A DNA stretch of 57,262 bases, the filler included, from Squatina squatina (Eukaryota), in NCBI GenBank assembly GCA_031763465.1. It is 3 parts of 3 records of this genome, joined end to end, with 100 filler letters (N's around TTAATTAATTAA, not from the genome) between each part and the next. Parts side by side here need not be neighbours in the genome. Positions count along the whole stretch, not along the records: positions 39,841 to 57,262 come from JARFOE010000001.1; 2 more parts are not named here. One strand, 5' to 3'. The first letter of the stretch is position 1. Each line of letters begins with the position of its first letter. A program made the position numbers and the translations under genes. The notes below the pieces were generated by a model. The model worked only from the letters and a program-made list of their open reading frames with translations. It made no database searches and was not told the DNA's origin. This document shows positions 48,591 through 57,262 of the stretch, piece by piece.

Positions 48591-51098
48591 GAACGTGACA
48601 TTGCGTACCCCCNNNNNNNNNNNNNNNNNNNNNNNNNNNNNNNNNNNNNNNNNNNNNNNNNNNNNNNNNNNNNNNNNNNNNNNNNNNNNNNNNNNNNNNN
48701 NNNNNNNNNNNNGGGGCACTTCCTGGTCGATTCTGAGGATCAAGGTGAGATAGCATGAGTGGTACCCATGTTGATGTAATAGATGGCAGGTCAAGTAGAG
48801 ATGAGAGAAGCAATCTGTCAATATTGTGATAGTTAATAGCAATGTGGTGAGAGTGGCTTCCGAGGTTGCACAAAAGACTTGCAAACTGTAGACACCTAAA
48901 TCTATGTTCAAAATGGAGTCAGCAAGAGCCTTTCCCTTAGGCAAGTAATGAGCCATCCTGTGGGAGCATTTATATGGATTTCCATGCTCTGCATTAATAA
49001 CCTCGACCAATGGCCACTGAGCTTCTGCCTCAGGTTGCTAATACGCTTGTATTTTCTGCAACTTTTACTGCCGACCCGCCTCCAAACCCGCACACATGGC
49101 AGTGGGAAAATTCCAGCCAATGTCAGGATTCAATTCAAGGGTTGATAATGGAACACAAGATAAAGTACCCAACAGTATATGCTGACGAATGGTATTAGAC
49201 ATTATACAGAGGACCAGCAGGAGGTGAAATACTCATGTCGCTGATGCTGGAGCACACCATCTGTTCACTGCTGGGATCAAAGTGTATCGCCACAATTCAG
49301 GGCAATGCAAGTATTTAGCTTGACAATCAACTAACCTGACTCATATTTATATGTTTCTTTTCAAACATGAATAAAAATAATGACCTTTGAATAAAAAGAG
49401 CTTAGATTTCTATGCTGCTCATCATGTAAAGAAAATAACCTAGATTTTCTGCTGGCACTTCATCGAGTATCCGGCATAACTCCAGCAGAATGCAGTTGGA
49501 AATGCAGTCGGATCAGATCTGCCAGCTTCTTGATTGCTCCAGTCAGTTCCAGGATTCCTCACTGGAAGTGGCAAGCAGTATACAATATGCCCGACCATAT
49601 GTTGGCGCCCATATTGAAATGCAGTGCATCTGATATATTCTGTTGTTTGTACCATCGGGATGCTGGGCACAAGGGCTGCCAGTTCACCTTGGCATTCAGC
49701 AGTGCTCTCCTGCTGAACGGGTCTTTTACAGAGCATGGACTTTGAAGCCATTTTTAAAAAGGGTTTTTTAAAATTTAAACCAGCAGCATAAAGACTGCCA
49801 GCCATGTTATGCAGCAACACACACACTGCGGGTAATCTCTGCCCTTCCTCCTCCCAGTCTCCTCAAGATAGACTTCCTGGGAGCTTGCCAAAATGATGTA
49901 AATGATTCTCAGGCTGGAAATTTGTCTAGGGTCAGAGGTTAATCCATGTATTGGGCACATGCCTTGCCACATCACACTGCTGCTGAGATAACAACAACAT
50001 GGAAGATCCAGGCTATTGTCTCAGAGCTTTTTAAGAGGTCGGGGGGGAAACAAAGTGGATACTGAGTAGGATGAAACAGATGAAACTGGATGCTCAAAGC
50101 ACAAGAGTAGAGTTTTTGAGGAGGTTTGGGAAGGCAGGGAAGGGAGTGACATTGCACATGGACTTTTTGAGCCTTTTGGCTGATTCAGGGAACCCAAAGA
50201 AACAGCTGCATTGAAATTGCTGCGGAGCAGGAGTGAAGTGGATAATTGACCCTCTCCATTTTAACTCACTCTGCCCATTTTCTGCGGGGTGTGGGCAGTT
50301 AAAATTCCAAACCAAGTTGCTGAGAAATCCACAGAGGGAGAGATTCTGTTTGCTTGATGCAGAATGCACTTTCCCTCCCTTTAAAGACACACCTCACTTA
50401 TCTAAAGTCCCAGAGAGTTTTGGTGTATTTTGGCAAGAGCCACAGATCGGGGCAAAACTGACACTTAACCAAACAAAATCATGCAGGTTACCAGCAAAGA
50501 CCAGTAATAAACATCCTGCAACTTGTCCAGTCAGAACACACTACCTATTGGGAGATCAACTTTCGGGGATATCTGGAACAGAGGGGTCCATCCCCTTCAC
50601 ATTCCACTAGTGAGCCTGACTGGCTGGTCACTCATCAACAAAGCCCTGGAGCACTGAAAACCTGCCTGGTAATGTATCGAATAACTGACTCTGCCATAGA
50701 GGGATGGCTTAATTCTGAACATTGACGGCAGTTGTGCCATCTTGGGTCCAGGTTAGCTCCAAAGCTTATCTTCCCCCAGAGGATAGTCACAAGATTTAGC
50801 ACAGATACAGTGAAACTTTCTGCAATTATTCAGGATCTCAGTGCCCATGGACAGTAGGATAGCAATAGATGTTTCTTTTTGTTCATCATAAATGGAAAGA
50901 AGCATCAAGAATTAGCTCCAGGTATTGCCTTTCTGTAACTTCAGGGAGAATTACAAAACAAGTATAATTGATAGAAATGAGAAAATTGTGTTAGCTCTNN
51001 NNNNNNNNNNNNNNNNNNNNNNNNNNNNNNNNNNNNNNNNNNNNNNNNNNNNNNNNNNNNNNNNNNNNNNNNNNNNNNNNNNNNNNNNNNNNNNNNNN

Positions 51099-51398
51099 TC
51101 ATGCGGGCTTCGGCCTAACACCTTGGTCAAGGTCAAACCACTGAGGTGGACCCCCCATGCTGGTTTGGCCTAACACCTCGACTAGCTCGGGATCTGTTCA
51201 GACTACCATTCTGCCTCAACATCTGTCCGTTTCGTTCCGGGGCCATAGATTGCTCTCATCTGTCACGGGTTGTATGTCTACTCTATCTATCTCAATCGCA
51301 TGTAATATCTGATTGTACTTAAAACTGTAGCTCTTCAATAAAACACCTAAGACCATTTGGGTAATCTGTGTGTGACCTGTGATCCAAATTTTACAACA
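51099..51398 (+). mobile_element. Possible LTR 3' portion (solo LTR)
   Basis: AATAAA at 51337, terminal ...ttacaaca, internal repeat ggcctaacacct; the 5' end is lost in a gap. Confidence 0.4.
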
Positions 51399-52314
51399 CA
51401 GTACAAAAATTAAAAAATAATTAACTGTGTAAGATTAACATGAGGCACTTGCCACTGGGCATTTGAGAAAATTAACCAAACTACACATTTTCATTGGACA
51501 AAATATTAATTCACATTTCAATCTGCTCCATCCTTCACACTCTGAACTCCTGTTAATAGTGTTTATTTCCTAGATGAAGGGAGCAAAAATAATGGAGCCC
51601 CTACAACTCACATTAATTTTTCCAAGGTTCAGTGGGCCTTTTGTTGATTCTTCTATATTTGTTTTCTTGCCCCCCAAATTGTTCCACTTTTTTTCCAGAC
51701 AGCATGGATTTGTGTCATTAAAAATGTATTCTTCTAGGGAGAAAATATATGGAGAAGTATTCTTTAGCTTCCTTTGTGTTCATTTTTTTAAATTATGTTT
51801 ATGAGATCTTCGCTTCAGTCGAGTTATTGATTGGTATTTATTTTTTTCATTTTGCTTTGACTATTTTTACTATGAATTTTTTCATTAAATTTAGCATTTG
51901 AAGTATTAGCCAATAGAGTGTAAAGTTCATAACACAAGTCCCCAACACCACCATACTTAGCTCTGAACATGATCTATTACAATGCTCAGCCTTTGTTTCA
52001 TACGTTGCGCCAGAGGATCATTTATGGATGGTTTGCACCTTTGTACATCAGAAACTGATAAAGTGGAACATGCGTGATGCAAATTTACATTTTTATTGCT
52101 CATAACACTTCTTGAATTACAAATTATGCGGCATTTCCAGTCCAGGTACTACTCCTTGAAGGACAATATTATGCAATTATCAGACGTGAGCCAGATATGT
52201 TTCCTACTTGGTTTNNNNNNNNNNNNNNNNNNNNNNNNNNNNNNNNNNNNNNNNNNNNNNNNNNNNNNNNNNNNNNNNNNNNNNNNNNNNNNNNNNNNNN
52301 NNNNNNNNNNNNNN

Positions 52315-52640
52315 GTGATTAAGGCCATGGCTAGCAGTGGCACTGACGGCCTTGAAGATGACGGTATGATCATACCTAATCCTCCTTCTCACATCGCACT
52401 TGCCCCTCATCCCACAATCTCATCTGACTTACAAGCTGCAGATGGTGTAAGCAGCATCTCTAGCTTTCCCCTGGACTCCCCCTCATCACAAGCCCACACT
52501 TTCTGATTTCAAAGACCCAAAAAATCCAACCAGGCCAGGCACTGGTGCAAGAGAAAGAGAAGAGTGATGATGAAGAAGAAACACCGACACTCAATCCGAC
52601 ATGCGCAAACACCAGCTTAGATACTGGCAATGTGGGTACG
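52315..52640 (+). mobile_element. Possible Harbinger Myb/SANT-ORF remnant
   Basis: Acidic EKEKSDDEEETPTLNPTCANTSLDTG segment resembles the low-complexity part of such ORFs; no catalytic motif seen. Confidence 0.25.
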
Positions 52641-55600
52641 TTAGACATTTGTTCTTTTCCTTTTCTTCTGTTGCTGAGCCAATTTTGTAAAATACATCAC
52701 TGCCACTGCACAAGGGGCATCTTGTAAAACATCCTTGTAATCTTGCTCTGAAATGAAAAGGACGTCGGTGCTTTGGTAGTTTGTTTTCACCCTTTGCCTA
52801 TTTGTCTCCGCGTATTGTATTAGGATCAGTTGTAATAATTAGAAAGAGGAGATACTAGTTATGTGGATATAGATTATTATTTTAAAGATAACTATCAAAT
52901 AACTGGCATATATTTCAAGGTGCTACATATTCCCCCTTCCTTTACGCTGTGCAAACAGGCTTCTATGCTGTAAAATCTTCCTGTGTAATTGCTGGGCAGT
53001 TGGTGGGAAATTAGCCCAACTCTGCGCCAGCAATAAGGATTTCACAGTCGGAGCATATGATCTGTCAAGTCGAAACTTGGCAGATCGCAAGTTCAGGATT
53101 AGCTTGCTGTCCATTTCAAAGGCAGTATGACGACGTACTCTGAGATTACAGCGTCTCACCAACCGCAAATTCTGTTCCATTGTGTTTTACAGTGTAACTA
53201 AATAAATGAAGGAATCTTTTCCCATACATGCTCTGATCTGCATTTTGATATTCTTTCTACTGACTGAAGCAAATGCATGGGACAAGCCTACATTACTTCC
53301 AGTATACAGCTACTGCAAATAAGGACAACTGTTTAATGGTATAGACTGCCAGGACAGACTATTAAAATGTATGTTTTTAAGATTGTGAGGGACAAGTTCA
53401 GCTCACAGAAACTGTGGTTAAACTGTTGCCAAAGATAAGAGTGCTTTAAAAACCTGAATTCTATCAATTTAAGTTTAGTATGGACATGGTTCAGTCAAGC
53501 TGGTCAAGATTAGATGTCCCTTTCACTGTTCATTTTCAACCTAGTGCTGTGCTGACATCCCTCCTCAGCCACATAAAGGCATTTGCACAGTACCTTGTCT
53601 TGGTGTCTGCTATGTACCCACAGGAGGGGGATTAGAATAAGTGTTTGCACATCGTTCAGTGACCAGGATTTTAAACTGCTACCACATTTACTGAAATGTT
53701 AATCACTCTCGGAGCCCCCGGCGGCGTTGGGTGTTTGCTCGTGTGACTTGAACTCTCATCAATTTCTCCTATCTTTCATTATTGGAAGTTGTCTTGTATT
53801 TCTTCCTGACATCTTTGACACTTTCATTTTAGCTGTGTATTATATGGCTCAGTGTCATTTTAAAAGAATCACTCAGCAGCTGGTCTGATTTGTCTGTTCG
53901 TGGTTACTCAGTCTATAATATACAGTTTATTTTGTTTTGTTTTGCACGTTACTTTGCCCTTGAACATGAAGAGGACTCAGCAACTCAATCAAAATTTAGA
54001 AAAGAATCCACATGAAAAAATTAAGGTGACGCTTTCCTCTTCTAGCAGATTACGGGTTAATAGCCAGAATGCAAATCCACTGGTTTTCTGCTCACTGAAT
54101 AAATAAAATCCTGTTTTTATTGCATGATGTTCTGGAATTTTTAAATGGTGTATTCAGATCACATTCCAAGATTTTGCCCGTTTATAATTGCGGTCACTAG
54201 TTTTTGGCATTAAGTGAAGAAAAATTCTACTTTAATGACATGGGTTTCTGGGAAATGTAACACTTTTGTGGTTCTCTTCATTTTTCTGTGAAATCTGCAA
54301 ATACAGGCCTTGTAGAAATTAACACAGCATTTTAAAAGGCCAATCAGGCCCATTTTGTTTGTGTAATCTGCGGTTTAAAAACCTGCTCGTGCCAACAAAA
54401 CTGTGCCAGCCAATGAGAACCCGCCTGTAATAAAGTTGTTTTCANNNNNNNNNNNNNNNNNNNNNNNNNNNNNNNNNNNNNNNNNNNNNNNNNNNNNNNN
54501 NNNNNNNNNNNNNNNNNNNNNNNNNNNNNNNNNNNNNNNNNNNNAGTTTGCGCCGTCACAAACGGGACTCGAATTTTGCGCCCACGTATTAGCACCAAAA
54601 GTGGCTTAATGCTAATTTTGCGCCGATTTCTCGCCAGAAGTTTTACCACGAATTGGCCGCCCCAAATCTTTCTTATTATTATTATTGTAATGCTAATAAA
54701 ATGTATCATTCAAATAACATATTAAAAGCCTCTTATCTCTTTATTCTCTCTTAGCTTTCCCTTCTCTAATCTCTTCTGCTTCTAAATTTAACATTTTAAC
54801 TTCTATTTTATGTCATCAATTTTACTTATACTATCTATTTTATTTATTTTTAAATTTATGGTTAAACCTAAAAACTTGACCTATATTTTCTCCTGCATCT
54901 CCATCAAGCCACACTCGACTCTGGAGTAGAGACTCGCATCTCTTAAATTTGGCTCAGTTTCAAAGGTTGGTTGTCAGCCAATTAGGCGAATGGATCAACC
55001 AGGTCAAACGTTCATGTCTTTTCAGGTCACCCTTCACAATTATGATGTCCCTGATGAAACAACTTGTCAGTAGCCCCGAGGAGCAGGAGTGCCAAAATGA
55101 GTTATCTTGTTGGCGGCTGCCCAGGAGTTATAACTTGTGTCTGATGCCTCAGGAGGTGGCGGATGGTACAGGGGTACTTGTGAGAGGGGAATAAAATCCT
55201 GTCGGCGGGGAAGATCATGGAATGTTGAATGTTTGAATCATCCAGCAAATATTAAAATAGTTTGTAAAAAAGGAAGGTGATGGTACAGGTTCTCTTCAGT
55301 ATCTACTTAACAAATAATTAGCTCATTGAAACCAATTCACACCAGAGTGAGTGGTTCTAGTATATTGCTCATTATTTTACTTCAAGCAACTGTCATTTCA
55401 GCATCTTTATTCATGAACATATCCTGTCAGTTTTTAAAGTCAACTTGCAAACACAGGGTAGAAACAGGTTTTAAATACTGTCCCATGCACTGTGACAAAC
55501 TACATATTTTTAAGCACCAATTATGAAGCAGATTTTAGTTTTGTGTGCAGCCTCTCATATGTACATCTGAGTTGTTTCTATCAGAACAGGAATCTTCTAT

Positions 55601-57262
55601 TATATTACAATGAACCATGCATCATAGCCTGTGTNNNNNNNNNNNNNNNNNNNNNNNNNNNNNNNNNNNNNNNNNNNNNNNNNNNNNNNNNNNNNNNNNN
55701 NNNNNNNNNNNNNNNNNNNNNNNNNNNNNNNNNNTGTGCTGATTCTCAAGTTAACCAGCTTATGGGTTTGTGCATCGGTGTGTGAAAAAGACAGCAATAA
55801 GTGCCCTGTTCGATTTATGCAAACCAGTGTGAAAGGCCACATTTATTTAGCCACAAAGTTTATGTGCTGACATAAATTTTCTATACTTCCTCTACTTTAT
55901 GTGTCATTTGACGTTATGATATCTGTAGTGTTAAATTTTAATGAATAAATTGAAATTGGGTGGCCAAGCTGGCACTATTTTGCACCACTAATGTAGTATT
56001 CAGATGAACTAAAAATGATGATCATTTTTAAAGTAAAATTAACCAAGATAATTATCGTACAATCTCTGGTTCACAATGACCTTCCTGTCTCAGACACATT
56101 TAACAATCCTTCAAATATCTTTTGTAACCAGTTACTTTCAAATCTTTTAAGCTCCAATGATAACACTTAATCATTTTTAAGTTTGTATGGTACTTTACTG
56201 GAGATTGAATAAAACAAATATAAATGTATTTGCTTCTCAGCAGAAAAAGTATAAATGTACTTTAGCTTTTGATACAGCTGTTGGCCAATAGTAAATTTCC
56301 AAACCTATAGCTGCCAACTAAACTCTTGAGTGAATGGGTTAATCTGCAAAAAAGTGCTTCCACTGGAGTATGCTGCTCACAGAGAGTGAATTCTGAACAA
56401 TCATAGGGACTATTTCCATCGAATTGAAGTGGTAGTCACAGGGAGCATTTTTTTGGGGATAATCACAGGTACACAGTTGTGATTTTCTATCCATTCTGTG
56501 TGGAGAATCATTGCCCGTATGCCTACGATTATCTNNNNNNNNNNNNNNNNNNNNNNNNNNNNNNNNNNNNNNNNNNNNNNNNNNNNNNNNNNNNNNNNNN
56601 NNNNNNNNNNNNNNNNNNNNNNNNNNNNNNNNNNTGAGATGCACTCCCTTGTGAGCGTCACTCCCTGCTGGGGGCACTGGATTACCCTTTTCATGTAATG
56701 AGGTTCCAGGCTCACAAACATTGCATTTGGTTTCGTGCCAGAGTTTGAAGTCTTCAGTTACGTCTATGAAACCTGGCTGTACCAGGAACTCATCAAAGCA
56801 ATTGCAATCAGCACAGTGAGTGATGCGGATGAAATAGTTCAGAGGCTGGTGGACTGAATTAATGTCACTGGGCAAGTGCAGTGTGTGCAATTGTGAAAAA
56901 AGCTTGTTTGGAATTTTCTTTAAATAAACTTAATTTGAATGGTGTGAAATCCTTTGTTTAGTTTATCTAACAGTGCAGATTAACTCTGGAGCTGTAGAGT
57001 TGGAAGGAATGTCTGGTGTAATTGGCTTATCCTCCAAAATGTTGGAAAATGTACCAAATAAAATGATTTTTTGGGGAATATTGACCCAAGTCATCCTCGA
57101 TAATGATCTCTCTATTGCGCATATGCCCATTCAGAAGTATTTACATGTGTTCTACTGGTTGATTACTCTTAAAGTAGAACAGAAAATTATTGCCAAATCA
57201 CTTAAACAATAATCTCTTCCTATTTTTCCTTTATTTTGCTTTTCTCATCCTCTCCCAGAGTT

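Noticed and set aside
33916-57262. TP73 TA exons 2 and 3
   Set aside because: No FEHLW or YFDLP motif was found by eye; they may be in gaps or on another scaffold.

Overview
Eukaryotic, gap-rich draft sequence, very probably from a cartilaginous fish, judged from its repeat landscape (CR1, L2 and RTE LINEs, Deu-domain SINE, GC-rich MITEs). Two artificial N44-TTAATTAATTAA-N44 linkers split the window into three blocks (1-18545, 18646-39740, 39841-57262). Block 1 holds four spliced ABCB6 exons (minus strand). It also holds a plus-strand intermediate-filament locus in which an NEFL-like promoter and head run in frame into a strongly divergent rod with type III (vimentin/desmin-like) exon phases. 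Block 2 holds TP73 on the minus strand: a DeltaN-type first exon (MLYISDAAQHCTT, missed by the ORF track), exon 4 and exon 5. An LMO7 exon lies only 39 nt upstream of TP73 exon 5. Block 3 has no recognisable exon and is mostly intronic or intergenic DNA with repeats. The best candidates for novelty are the divergent or chimeric IF gene, the shark DeltaNp73 exon and a recursive-splice-like site. Chimeric mis-assembly is a serious alternative explanation for the gene juxtapositions. All homology calls come from recalled family sequences, not from searches.
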